NCBI GenBank assembly: GCA_016182915.1
Contig: JACPFP010000001.1
Coordinates: 1-53,420 of the forward strand
From: Candidatus Dojkabacteria bacterium
GTDB taxonomy: Bacteria; Patescibacteriota; Dojkabacteria; SC72
Direction of reading: 5' to 3'
Length of the DNA: 53,420 nt
The translations under genes and the position numbers were made by a program. This document shows, piece by piece, positions 28,231 through 37,428 of this stretch (its first letter is position 1; every line of letters starts with the position of its first letter). The notes beneath the pieces were generated by a model. That model had not been told where the DNA came from. It saw only the letters and a program-made list of their open reading frames with translations, and did no database searches.

Positions 28231-28905
28231 TACCACAAACTCACCTTTCAACTTGATCTTGTGATTATCAATATCCTCAAGGAGTTCCTTTGCTGACTTT
28301 GAAGAGAACTTCTCATACATTTTAGTAATATCGTTGGCAAGAACAACATTCCTATCCCCAATACTCTCTATGATCTCTTCAAGCAGTTTTACAATTCTCT
28401 GTGGGGACTCATATATAACAATTGTAAGGTCTAGGTTTCCATATAGCTCCAACATCTGCTTGCGTTTAAGATCAGACTTTGGAAGAAAGCCTAGGAATAT
28501 AAACTTATCTGTAGTTACCCCAGCAACACTCAAGGCCGAAATAGCAGCATTCGCTCCGGGAATTGGAGTTACAGAGTATCCCTGAGCTCTCAACTTACGC
28601 ACAAGTTTAAAACCAGGATCAGAGATAACAGGGGTTCCAGAATCTGAGATTAGGGCAAGGCTAAGCCCGGCATCAAGTTTCTCGATTATCTTCTCTATGA
28701 TCCTATCGTGGTTCTGATCCCTGTATGAGATTAATGTTGTTTCTATCCCATACCTCTTAAACAGCTTACTGCTCTCTCTGGTATCCTCTGCAAGAACAAA
28801 CGCTACACTCTTCAGTGTATCTACTGCTCGATAGCTCATATCACCAAGATTTCCAATTGGTGTTGCAACTACATAGAGGGTTCCTTTACTGTTATTTTCC
28901 ATCAT
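28213..28905 (-). CDS. rsmI: 16S rRNA C1402 2'-O-methyltransferase RsmI
   Basis: 230 aa. LYVVATPIGNLGDMSYRAVDTLKSV and a tetrapyrrole-methylase fold pattern. Confidence 0.85.
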   Translation of the reverse strand: MMENNSKGTLYVVATPIGNLGDMSYRAVDTLKSVAFVLAEDTRESSKLFKRYGIETTLISYRDQNHDRIIEKIIEKLDAGLSLALISDSGTPVISDPGFKLVRKLRAQGYSVTPIPGANAAISALSVAGVTTDKFIFLGFLPKSDLKRKQMLELYGNLDLTIVIYESPQRIVKLLEEIIESIGDRNVVLANDITKMYEKFSSKSAKELLEDIDNHKIKLKGEFVVLVNKE

Positions 28906-28912
28906 TAATACA

Positions 28913-28921
28913 ATTATAACA
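28913..28921 (-). promoter_or_regulatory. Extended -10 element placed for a leaderless rsmI transcript
   Basis: Minus-strand TGTTATAAT. The hexamer at 28913-28918 lies 7 nt before ATG 28905. Confidence 0.4.
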
Positions 28922-28965
28922 CCTTAAGTATAAGAAATTATATGTACTCTTAGGATAATTCAATA

Positions 28966-28971
28966 TATAAT
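28966..28971 (+). promoter_or_regulatory. -10 hexamer placed for a leaderless methyltransferase transcript
   Basis: TATAAT lies 7 nt before ATG 28979. Confidence 0.35.
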
Positions 28972-28978
28972 TATATTC

Positions 28979-29512
28979 ATGTGGAACGGAGTAATACTAT
29001 CGATATTATTTTTAATAATCCTTGTTTTCCTAGGTGTGGTTCTGACCTCCATCACATCCGTCCTATTCGTCTCTGTCTTTTTTACCCCAGTTTCAACTGT
29101 AAAGGAGATTGCAAAGATTATTGGTGCAAAGGATGAAGAGAGAGTAGTAGATTTGGGCAGTGGGGATGGTAGGGTAGTAATGGCTATATCAGATACCGCG
29201 AAAATCAAAGGCTTTGGCTACGATATCTCCCCTTTAATGGTAATACTTTCAAAAGTTAGGAAACTTTTCACACTTCGTTTAAATAGAGACCTTACATTTG
29301 ATGTTGTTAGTTTGTTTGATGTTAAATACAATGAGTATGACATCATATACTGCAACCTAAATAAAAAGATTATGGAGAGACTCTCTGAGAAGTTTAAAAG
29401 GCAACTAGAAGGAACGAAGGTATTCTCATATGAATATGAGGTAGCAAATAAGAAGGCATACAAAAAACATACGCTATCAAACAGTAAGATACTTTTTGAA
29501 TATCACTACTAA
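28979..29512 (+). CDS. Membrane-anchored class I SAM-dependent methyltransferase
   Basis: 177 aa. N-terminal TM helix and motif I VVDLGSGDGRVV. Confidence 0.5.
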   Translation: MWNGVILSILFLIILVFLGVVLTSITSVLFVSVFFTPVSTVKEIAKIIGAKDEERVVDLGSGDGRVVMAISDTAKIKGFGYDISPLMVILSKVRKLFTLRLNRDLTFDVVSLFDVKYNEYDIIYCNLNKKIMERLSEKFKRQLEGTKVFSYEYEVANKKAYKKHTLSNSKILFEYHY

Positions 29513-29513
29513 T

Positions 29514-30245
29514 TTAGTAATCTTTAATAATACTTTTCTCTTGGTAGTAGAAAAATGGGAGATCACTAATCCCTTTCTGTTTCTGAATAAGCTCTAGGAT
29601 TTCGACTTCAGACTTGCTCCCTCCCGTATTGCTTTTCTCGGCCTTAATAGCCTCATCAAAGGTTCCCCAGAAGTTAGCACCAAACTCATTTTCCTCAATC
29701 AATTTACCCGAAGGATTGTGACAGTAGCATATGTGGAAGAGAATATCTTCTAAAATCTCATCTTTCTCGTTATATCTCATTGCTCTCTTTACCCCAAGTA
29801 GATTGAAATCCCCGCTCAAGCCAGCTTCTTCAAACAGCTTTCTCTTTGCACTCTCCTCATATTTCTCCCCAATAAGGACCTTCCCTGCAATTGAGGTAAT
29901 ATCGCCTAAGTATGGCTGTCTATTTCTCTTTTGGAGTAGAATTTCGAATACTCCACTATTATCCCTTGTTACAATGAGGGCGACGGAAACACGGAATAGG
30001 TCACGTATATTACCCAGAACATCCATATTGGCAATTACTTTTTTCCCCTTCACTGAAAGTTCATAGGACGATTCTTCTTTAAGTATGAGGCCTTTCTTAA
30101 CGAGATGTTGGAGATGATAGTTAAAGAGATCATTCTCAACCTTTTCATCCTTCAACTCTGAGTATTTCAACCTCTTATTTCGTATAAGCCTTGTGAGGAT
30201 ATCTATTTGAACCTCTGTAAAGACTGGTGCATAGGTTGCTTTCAT
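29514..30245 (-). CDS. Winged-helix + NUDIX hydrolase fusion protein
   Basis: 243 aa. N-terminal wHTH-like region (LFNYHLQHLVKKGLI). Nudix box GKVLIGEKYEESAKRKLFEEAGL. Confidence 0.6.
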   Translation of the reverse strand: MKATYAPVFTEVQIDILTRLIRNKRLKYSELKDEKVENDLFNYHLQHLVKKGLILKEESSYELSVKGKKVIANMDVLGNIRDLFRVSVALIVTRDNSGVFEILLQKRNRQPYLGDITSIAGKVLIGEKYEESAKRKLFEEAGLSGDFNLLGVKRAMRYNEKDEILEDILFHICYCHNPSGKLIEENEFGANFWGTFDEAIKAEKSNTGGSKSEVEILELIQKQKGISDLPFFYYQEKSIIKDY

Positions 30246-31165
30246 AATTCATTCCACTCATTTAACTTTCTCACATAATACTCTATTTCCCTCTCTCCTG
30301 TCTCTACGCATCTCCCATTTTTCTGTGCACTATGAAGAAATGTCCTTGAAATCCAGCGCAGATAACAGAATAGCTCAGCAATTCGAATCTCTCTCTCCAA
30401 CTCTGGGTAGTTATATTTTTCAGCGTAGGTTTTAATAAGTTTCTGTATCCATTCTGTGTATCCATAAAGGTTGCTTAGAGTTGAAATATGAGCAAATTCA
30501 AAAGCTTCAGGTGCTGTGAACGCCCCCTCCCAATCAATTATTCCAGACAACCTTCCCTTATCAAAAAGGATATTATTAAACTTAACGTCTCTATGAATTA
30601 GATGAAGTGGATGTTTTTCAAAATACGCTGAAACCTCATCCAGCCTATTTATATATTCCTCTACCTTTAACTCTTTAGGTATAACTTTCAGAAACCTCTG
30701 CTTATACTTTTCGATATATTTTCTAAATGAATCTTCATCAAAAGTGCTGAAATCTGTAGCTCTATCTACCTGATATGAGTGATAGCTATGAATGTAATTA
30801 CATAGGTTATTGAGATTTTCATTAGTTAAGGCCAGAGACATAAATTCATTAGGGTTAAGGACTTTTCCAGGAAGAACCTTAAGAACAATTATATAACCAG
30901 GGAACCCTTCATACTTCTCAAAGTATCTATCAACTTCTGGAGTAGGGATTTCAGGAGCGACATTTTTGATGAGATCAAGAATTCGCTTCTCTTTAGCACC
31001 TTTCTTATCCTCAATGTCACTACTATCGTATGCGACCTTAACTATAACAGCCCTGTCTTCAAACGTTACCCTATATGCATGAGTCGTAAGGGCATTTGAA
31101 AGGGCCTTAATTGTAAATGGTATATCGCCATATACCTCACGAACAAATCTTTTAACTTCTTTCAT
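30242..31165 (-). CDS. Aminoglycoside-phosphotransferase / choline-kinase-family small-molecule kinase
   Basis: 307 aa. Catalytic loop LIHRDVKFNNILF and metal-binding IIDWEGA. Confidence 0.65.
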   Translation of the reverse strand: MKEVKRFVREVYGDIPFTIKALSNALTTHAYRVTFEDRAVIVKVAYDSSDIEDKKGAKEKRILDLIKNVAPEIPTPEVDRYFEKYEGFPGYIIVLKVLPGKVLNPNEFMSLALTNENLNNLCNYIHSYHSYQVDRATDFSTFDEDSFRKYIEKYKQRFLKVIPKELKVEEYINRLDEVSAYFEKHPLHLIHRDVKFNNILFDKGRLSGIIDWEGAFTAPEAFEFAHISTLSNLYGYTEWIQKLIKTYAEKYNYPELEREIRIAELFCYLRWISRTFLHSAQKNGRCVETGEREIEYYVRKLNEWNEL

Positions 31166-32117
31166 ACCTTTCTACTAAAATATTATGTAAACCAGAAATC
31201 ATCTGAGCCGTCTTTTCAAGCTGAGAATATCTTTTCTCTCTCACTGGCGGACTCGCAGTATCCTCTGCAAAAGGAGCTTTCTTAGCACATTCATCAGCAA
31301 CTACAGCAAAAATTCCCAACATATCCTCTTTTTCAACTCTGTTGGGTACCTCAATATGTGTAACGTCACCCTTCACCAGCTTATCCCACTGTTCATATGA
31401 CTCATGTATTGAAATAAGGTCGTTCCCTTCACCTTCGTTTATTGCACCTTCTCGTACCAATTCATGAAAGAACTCTTTAGTACCTTCTTCAGAAAGTTCA
31501 TGCGCATTTCTATGCCTATCCCCTTTAAACATAGGGTTAGGAAATTTCGCGACTCTACGTGTACTTTCAAACTTTGGAATCCCTTCTACTGAATTCCCAT
31601 TTCCTGTCGAAACTGAGATAGAAAGTTCTGGTTCCCTGTACTTACCTTCATCATGATATCTTGCCCATATAACAAAGTTTTCAATATCAGTAATGTCAAT
31701 GATGTTGTATTTTAAAAGTATCTGAGCAACCTCACGTGCCTCTCTTCCAATAACGGAACGAAGACTGCCTTCCTCATCACCCACAATCTCACCTTTGAAT
31801 GCACCTAAGATATTCCGCATTTTCAATTGAGCTTTTGAAAGGGACCTTCCTTCAACAGAAGCACTCTCAGGACTAAAGATGGAGAGGGCGAGCAATGATG
31901 CACATTTCTGATGGTCTTCAACAGGCAACGAGTGAAGGTCATCTCTTTGAGCAAGCTGTCCAATAGGGGAAAGGCTTTCATTAAGAACAATCTGATGGTT
32001 CAGAAACAGTGAAGAGTAGTTTCCCTTTAATACTACTTCAAATTTAGATGCATATATCTGAGTCAGCAGATTTCTATGCCATCCTTTCCTGTATTTTTCA
32101 ATTATATTTAAATCCAT
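31152..32117 (-). CDS. Hypothetical protein (first gene of a 3-gene overlapping operon)
   Basis: 321 aa with no motif I can name confidently. Overlaps the kinase gene by 14 nt. Confidence 0.45.
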   Translation of the reverse strand: MDLNIIEKYRKGWHRNLLTQIYASKFEVVLKGNYSSLFLNHQIVLNESLSPIGQLAQRDDLHSLPVEDHQKCASLLALSIFSPESASVEGRSLSKAQLKMRNILGAFKGEIVGDEEGSLRSVIGREAREVAQILLKYNIIDITDIENFVIWARYHDEGKYREPELSISVSTGNGNSVEGIPKFESTRRVAKFPNPMFKGDRHRNAHELSEEGTKEFFHELVREGAINEGEGNDLISIHESYEQWDKLVKGDVTHIEVPNRVEKEDMLGIFAVVADECAKKAPFAEDTASPPVREKRYSQLEKTAQMISGLHNILVERYERS

Positions 32118-32173
32118 ATGGGTTATATTGTTTAATTCCTGTCATTTTACCCTTTCCTTCCTGATTAATTTAG

Positions 32174-32187
32174 CGAGGATATCCTCG
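32174..32187. promoter_or_regulatory. Perfect 14-bp palindrome in a divergent intergenic region (candidate operator)
   Basis: cgaggat|atcctcg lies between the divergent starts at 32117 (-) and 32238 (+). TGGTATACT at 32212-32220 is downstream. Confidence 0.25.
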
Positions 32188-32237
32188 GTAAGCGTATACC
32201 GTTTGACCTTTTGGTATACTTAGTATACGATTAAACC

Positions 32238-33422
32238 ATGACTGAACCTTTAGCCTCAAAATATAGACCTAGTACACTTTCTGATTTTGTTGGGCAAAAA
32301 CACTTAATAGGAGGAAACTCACCAATTTCAAAACTGATTGAAAGCAGAACCCTTCCTTCCATGATATTCTGGGGGCCACCCGGAACTGGTAAAACGACTC
32401 TTGCCTATATTATCTCCCAAGATCTTTTCTATGATTTTCATAAGGTTAATGCAACCTCTGGGGGTAAGGAGGCACTACTGAAAATCATAAAGCTGGCAAT
32501 GAATAACCGATTGTACGGGAAAGGAACAATTGTTTTCATAGATGAGATACATAGATGGAATAAAGCACAGCAGGATACTCTTCTTCCTTATGTAGAGAAA
32601 GGAATCATTACCTTGATAGGTGCGACCACAGAGAACCCATCTTTCAGAATTAACAGTGCTCTTTTATCAAGAACCAAGGTTTTTGTATTTAAACAACATA
32701 CTCTCGAAGATATCGCAGACTTTATAAAAACAATACTCAAAAAAGAATACCCAGAAATTAAATGTAAGAAAGGGGTCCTCGAACTTATCGCCGAGATATC
32801 AAATGGTGATTTAAGATCAGCCCTAAACATACTTCAGATATCTGCTGACCTATCTAAAGAGAATAAAGAAATAACAAAAGAGATATTAGAGTCTGCAGTC
32901 CAAACCCAGATATATTACGATAGAGCAGGGGATGAACATTTCAACCTTATATCGGCTCTACATAAATCACTTAGGTCTTCAAACGCAGATGCGGCCTGTT
33001 ACTGGTTAATGAGAATGCTGGAAGGTGGAGAGGATCCATTATATATTGCAAGACGAATGGTTAGATTTGCATCAGAAGATATAGGGCTAGGGGATAGTAA
33101 TGCCATAACATTGGCAAACACAGTTTATGATGTTTGCAACAAACTCGGTATGCCTGAATGTGATGTACACCTTATTCACCTTGCAATATACCTTGCAAAA
33201 GCACCTAAGGATAATACAGCCTACAGAGTGAGTGGAGAGATTAAAGAGGATATAAAAAAATATGGAAACCTGGAAGTACCATTACATCTTAGAAATGCTC
33301 CCACTAAGCTTATGAAAGATATTGGATATTCCAAAGGTTATGAATATGATCACGATATTGAAGGGAAGAAGTCCCAGCAGCAGTGTATGCCGGAAAAGCT
33401 GAAGAATAGGAAATATATGTAG
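32238..33422 (+). CDS. rarA: Replication-associated recombination protein A (MgsA/RarA AAA+ ATPase)
   Basis: 394 aa. FWGPPGTGKTTLA and FIDEIHRWNKAQQD. MgsA C-terminal pattern DPLYIARRMVRFASEDIG. Confidence 0.85.
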   Translation: MTEPLASKYRPSTLSDFVGQKHLIGGNSPISKLIESRTLPSMIFWGPPGTGKTTLAYIISQDLFYDFHKVNATSGGKEALLKIIKLAMNNRLYGKGTIVFIDEIHRWNKAQQDTLLPYVEKGIITLIGATTENPSFRINSALLSRTKVFVFKQHTLEDIADFIKTILKKEYPEIKCKKGVLELIAEISNGDLRSALNILQISADLSKENKEITKEILESAVQTQIYYDRAGDEHFNLISALHKSLRSSNADAACYWLMRMLEGGEDPLYIARRMVRFASEDIGLGDSNAITLANTVYDVCNKLGMPECDVHLIHLAIYLAKAPKDNTAYRVSGEIKEDIKKYGNLEVPLHLRNAPTKLMKDIGYSKGYEYDHDIEGKKSQQQCMPEKLKNRKYM

Positions 33423-33433
33423 AAAGGTTCCTC

Positions 33434-33697
33434 TTAATCTAAATCTTCAGAAACATACCTAAAGATCTTATCTCTGCTAAAATCTAATGCTGAAGCATTT
33501 CCGCTATAATTACCGATAACAATCTGAGCTTCAACTATAACTTCCTCAATAAAAAACTTTGAAAAGCCTCCTGCTGTACTATTCTGAACTAAAACATACG
33601 CATGCACAGGAACATCATTAATATCGCTGATGAACATGGTTCCTTCCGGAGCAATAGTCTCATAATAACGATTTGAGTTCTTTGAGGCACCTGACAT
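33434..33697 (-). CDS. Hypothetical small protein
   Basis: 87-aa ORF convergent with rarA. No motif recognised. Confidence 0.35.
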   Translation of the reverse strand: MSGASKNSNRYYETIAPEGTMFISDINDVPVHAYVLVQNSTAGGFSKFFIEEVIVEAQIVIGNYSGNASALDFSRDKIFRYVSEDLD

Positions 33698-33752
33698 AAT
33701 TTTATATAACTACTTTTTAAATCTGCGTAGTATATAGGATGCGAACCCTACA

Positions 33753-33782
33753 TTGCAACTATAAGACATAACCTGCTATACT
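33753..33782 (+). promoter_or_regulatory. Sigma70-type promoter of the tyrS T-box leader
   Basis: TTGCAA (33753-33758), an 18-nt spacer, then the TGn-extended TGCTATACT (33774-33782). Confidence 0.45.
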
Positions 33783-33788
33783 ATAACT

Positions 33789-34016
33789 GTTCTTTACACA
33801 GTACAGCGTAGATAGAGATTCAGTAGAGTAATGATGGTGACATCTGAGAGAGGTTGGTGGAGCAAAACCTCTGTACATCATAACTTGAATTACACTCTTG
33901 AGTTAATAAAATTGAGCCTGATTTTAAGAATTGGGGAAGTAAAGTGGTACCGCGTATATACACGCCTTTACATATACCTAGTGAAAACTAGCTATATGTA
34001 AGGGCGTTTTTGTTTT
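33789..34016 (+). promoter_or_regulatory. T-box riboswitch leader (tyrosine specifier) controlling tyrS
   Basis: T-box sequence AAUUGGGGAAGUAAAGUGGUACCGCG at 33929-33954, close to the consensus GGUGGUACCGCG. AGAGA and AGUA motifs occur in the stem I region. UAC followed by A at 33874-33877 is flanked by AUGA/UCAU pairing. A terminator hairpin follows, and the element sits directly upstream of tyrS. Confidence 0.75.
33962..34016 (+). terminator. Intrinsic terminator of the T-box leader
   Basis: acgcctttacatata (33962-33976) pairs with tatatgtaagggcgt (33993-34007, one G-U). An inner ctag/ctag stem is present, followed by TTTTTGTTTT. Confidence 0.8.
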
Positions 34017-34025
34017 AATTAATAT

Positions 34026-35231
34026 ATGATAGATTTAAATATGGTAAGTACAGATAGAAAAATAATAGATAGAATCCTGAATAAAGCAGTAGAAGATATT
34101 CTTCCGGGAAAAGCAACCCTTGAAGCCCTTCTTCTCTCTGGAAAAAGGTTGAAAGTATACCAGGGATTTGACCCAACAGGTCCAACCCTGCACATTGGAC
34201 ACTCTGTAATGATGAGAAAACTTGAAGACTTTAGAAAGCTTGGACATGAGGTAATCTTTTTGATGGGAAACTTTACAGGAATGATAGGAGACCCTTCAGA
34301 TAAAGCGGTGGGAAGAAAGCCTCTAACAATCGGACAGGTGAATGAGAATTTAAAACTATATAAGGAACAGGCAAGCAGAATTATAGATATAGATAATTCT
34401 GAAAATCCTGTAAAGATCCTATATAACTACGATTGGTTAAGTAAACTAACCTTTGCAGAGATAATTGAGCTATCAAGCCAGTTCACAGTACAACAGATGC
34501 TTAAAAGAAGTATGTTCCAAGATAGACTCGAAAACGATAGACCAATAGGCCTACACGAATTCCTCTACCCACTTATGCAAGGATATGATTCTGTAGCAAT
34601 GGATGTAGATGTTGAGGTTGGTGGAAACGACCAGCTATTTAACATGCTTGCAGGTAGAACATTGATGAAGGCACTAAAGAATAAAGAGAAGATTGTAATA
34701 GCAGGAAAACTCCTCACAACAAACGACGGGAAAAAGATGGGAAAGACAGAAGGAAATATGATCATGCTCTCCGATACACCAGAAAATATATACGGAAAAG
34801 TAATGGCTTTCCCAGACGAGCATATTGTTCCAGGATTCGAGCTTCTAACCTCAATGGAGATTGAAGAGGTCGAGACAATAAAGACCGCAATAGAGAGCGG
34901 TGAGAATCCAATGACTCATAAAAAGAATCTTGCATTCCAGATTACAAAGGAACTTAAGGGTGAACAGGAGGCTGTAAAGGCACAGCAGTACTTCGAAGAG
35001 GTATTTCAAAAGAAGAGCTTCAATACTGAGATTCCAGAGTTCAAAGGCGTAGGTAAAAATATACTAGATGTAATGATAGAAGCAGGAATCACATCAAGTA
35101 AGGGAGAAGCAAGAAGACTAATTGAACAGAACGCCGTTAAACTTAATGGGGAAGTTGTATCCACAATTGATATGAAGATTGAGGAGACCGGGATGTTAAA
35201 GGCTGGGAAGAAAGTAATAAACTTGGTGTAA
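34026..35231 (+). CDS. tyrS: Tyrosyl-tRNA synthetase
   Basis: 401 aa. HIGH motif (LHIGHSV), KMSKS variant KMGKT and a C-terminal S4-like domain. Confidence 0.9.
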   Translation: MIDLNMVSTDRKIIDRILNKAVEDILPGKATLEALLLSGKRLKVYQGFDPTGPTLHIGHSVMMRKLEDFRKLGHEVIFLMGNFTGMIGDPSDKAVGRKPLTIGQVNENLKLYKEQASRIIDIDNSENPVKILYNYDWLSKLTFAEIIELSSQFTVQQMLKRSMFQDRLENDRPIGLHEFLYPLMQGYDSVAMDVDVEVGGNDQLFNMLAGRTLMKALKNKEKIVIAGKLLTTNDGKKMGKTEGNMIMLSDTPENIYGKVMAFPDEHIVPGFELLTSMEIEEVETIKTAIESGENPMTHKKNLAFQITKELKGEQEAVKAQQYFEEVFQKKSFNTEIPEFKGVGKNILDVMIEAGITSSKGEARRLIEQNAVKLNGEVVSTIDMKIEETGMLKAGKKVINLV

Positions 35232-35284
35232 TGCCCTCCTTCTTAAAAGGTAATAGAAATATTGATAGAAAATAGTAGGTAGAG

Positions 35285-35290
35285 TACAAT
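35285..35290 (+). promoter_or_regulatory. -10 hexamer placed for a leaderless small-ORF/recG transcript
   Basis: TACAAT lies 7 nt before ATG 35298. Confidence 0.3.
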
Positions 35291-35297
35291 CTATCCT

Positions 35298-35408
35298 ATG
35301 AAAGAAAGTACAAGAAAAGGTATCCATAAAGCAATAAGCATTTTCGTAGCCATTATTTTGATAGGAAGCATCGTATTCCCTCTCATAATTACAATATTAG
35401 GATATTGA
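35298..35408 (+). CDS. Candidate 36-aa single-TM micro-protein (not in the ORF track)
   Basis: MKESTRKGIHKAISIFVAIILIGSIVFPLIITILGY, with its stop at 35406-35408, 1 nt before the recG ATG. It has the same -10-to-ATG spacing as other operon heads. Confidence 0.35.
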   Translation: MKESTRKGIHKAISIFVAIILIGSIVFPLIITILGY

Positions 35409-35409
35409 A

Positions 35410-37428
35410 ATGCCAGTTAAACTCAATGATAGAGTAGAGAACATTCCCCTAGTGGGAAGTATTAAAGCCACCCTCCTTGAGAAACTCGGAGTTAATACCG
35501 TCCAAGACCTTCTATATCATATTCCTTTTCGATATAAGGATACATCAAACATCCTAACCATAGACCAGTTGAAAATAGAAAGAGAAGGAACTATCCTCGC
35601 CACTTTAAATTCAATTCAGAATATATACACACGGAGTAGGAAAGTTTTAACCAAAGCCATCCTTGAAGATGAGACCGGAACTCTGGATGCCGTATGGTTC
35701 AACCAAAGGTATTTAGCAAAGTCACTAGCAACGGGAGAAAGATACCTTTTTGAGGGTAAACTTAACCCTAAACAGAGCAAACCTCAGCTTGTAAGTGCAA
35801 CTTATGAGAAATACTACGACGGTCTAGTGAACCAGAAACACGTAGGAAGAATCACTCCCTTCTATCCTGAAACCGCGGATATCTCTTCGAAATGGCTAAG
35901 AGCCAGGTTAGACTATGTATTTAAAAACCTAGAAGAAGAGATTTCTGATTCGCTCCCTCCAGAGATACTAAGTGAAACCAAACTCCCCACACTACCACAT
36001 GCCATTGATATGATTCATAATCCCAAGAGTATTGAAGATATTGAAGAATCAAGAAAGAGACTTCAATTCGATGAAATGCTTAGACTTGCAATACAGATTG
36101 AAAAACAGGTAATCCAGCAGAGCGGTATGAAAGCTAATTCAATCCCAATTGAGTTTGAGACTGTATTTGAATTTATATCAAAACTCCCATACCAGTTAAC
36201 CGATGATCAGATACATGCCGTAAAAGATATCATCAATGACCTCGGTAGCGTAAGTCCAATGAGAAGGCTTCTAAATGGGGACGTTGGAAGTGGAAAAACA
36301 GTTGTAGCTGCAGCGGCAATGTATGGAGTTGTAAAAGGCGGTCTAACAGCAATTCTCATGGCACCAACATCAATCCTTGCAAGACAGCACTTCAAAACTA
36401 TAACCGAACTACTGGAACCCTTTGGAGTTGAAATTAAACTAAGGACGGGTAGTGAGAAGCTTGAGAGAAGCAGTAACCCACAGATTATAATCGGAACTCA
36501 TGCCCTGCTATACGAGAGTGAGCTTCCTGATAGTATCGGCCTTGTTATAGTTGATGAGCAACATAGATTCGGAGTGAATCAGAGAAATGAGCTTTTAAAA
36601 AGAGACACCAACTCAATCATCCCACACTACCTTAGTATGACTGCAACCCCAATCCCAAGAACCCTAACAAATATCCTCTTTGGAGATATGTCTGTCTCAT
36701 TTATACACGAGCTTCCAACCAATAGAATACCGGTTAAGACATTCTATGTTCCACCAAACAAGAGTGATTCATGTTATGAGTGGGTGAAGAAGAGAATAGT
36801 AGATTCAGATGACAAGGAACAAGCCTTTGTGATATTTCCCTTGGTTGAGGAATCAGAGGTTCTGGAGGCAAAGTCTGCTAAGAAAGAGTTCCTACAACTC
36901 TCAGAAGGTGTATTTAAAGACCTAAAAGTTGCACTACTACACGGCCAGATGAAAGAAAAGGAGAAAGATGAAATACTAAAAGACTTCAAGGATGGTAAAT
37001 ACTCAATATTAGTTGCAACTCCAGTAGTTGAGGTTGGAATTGACATTCCAAATGCCACAATGATGATTATAGAGAATGCTGAAAGATTTGGACTTGCTCA
37101 ACTACACCAGTTTAGAGGGAGAGTTGGGAGAAGTGATATGCAATCCTTCTGCTATGTTCTAGCGGGTAAAGACAGCGAACAGGACCCTATGGGGATCAAG
37201 CGTTTAATATATTTCAGTGAACACAACTCAGGTTTCGACGTTGCAGAATACGATTTAGAGACTAGAGGACCGGGAGAAGTATTCGGACTTAAACAGTCAG
37301 GAATTCCCCAGTTTAAAATAGCCTCAATTACTGATATAAAGCTTCTATTGAAATGCCGAGATTTTGCGAAGGAACTAATTAAGAAAGGATACGACTTAAA
37401 CAGAGTTATGGAAGGACTATTTAAATGA
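35410..37428 (+). CDS. recG: ATP-dependent DNA helicase RecG
   Basis: 672 aa. Wedge/OB N-domain and the SF2 motifs GDVGSGKT, DEQHRFG and QLHQFRGRVGR. Confidence 0.9.
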   Translation: MPVKLNDRVENIPLVGSIKATLLEKLGVNTVQDLLYHIPFRYKDTSNILTIDQLKIEREGTILATLNSIQNIYTRSRKVLTKAILEDETGTLDAVWFNQRYLAKSLATGERYLFEGKLNPKQSKPQLVSATYEKYYDGLVNQKHVGRITPFYPETADISSKWLRARLDYVFKNLEEEISDSLPPEILSETKLPTLPHAIDMIHNPKSIEDIEESRKRLQFDEMLRLAIQIEKQVIQQSGMKANSIPIEFETVFEFISKLPYQLTDDQIHAVKDIINDLGSVSPMRRLLNGDVGSGKTVVAAAAMYGVVKGGLTAILMAPTSILARQHFKTITELLEPFGVEIKLRTGSEKLERSSNPQIIIGTHALLYESELPDSIGLVIVDEQHRFGVNQRNELLKRDTNSIIPHYLSMTATPIPRTLTNILFGDMSVSFIHELPTNRIPVKTFYVPPNKSDSCYEWVKKRIVDSDDKEQAFVIFPLVEESEVLEAKSAKKEFLQLSEGVFKDLKVALLHGQMKEKEKDEILKDFKDGKYSILVATPVVEVGIDIPNATMMIIENAERFGLAQLHQFRGRVGRSDMQSFCYVLAGKDSEQDPMGIKRLIYFSEHNSGFDVAEYDLETRGPGEVFGLKQSGIPQFKIASITDIKLLLKCRDFAKELIKKGYDLNRVMEGLFK

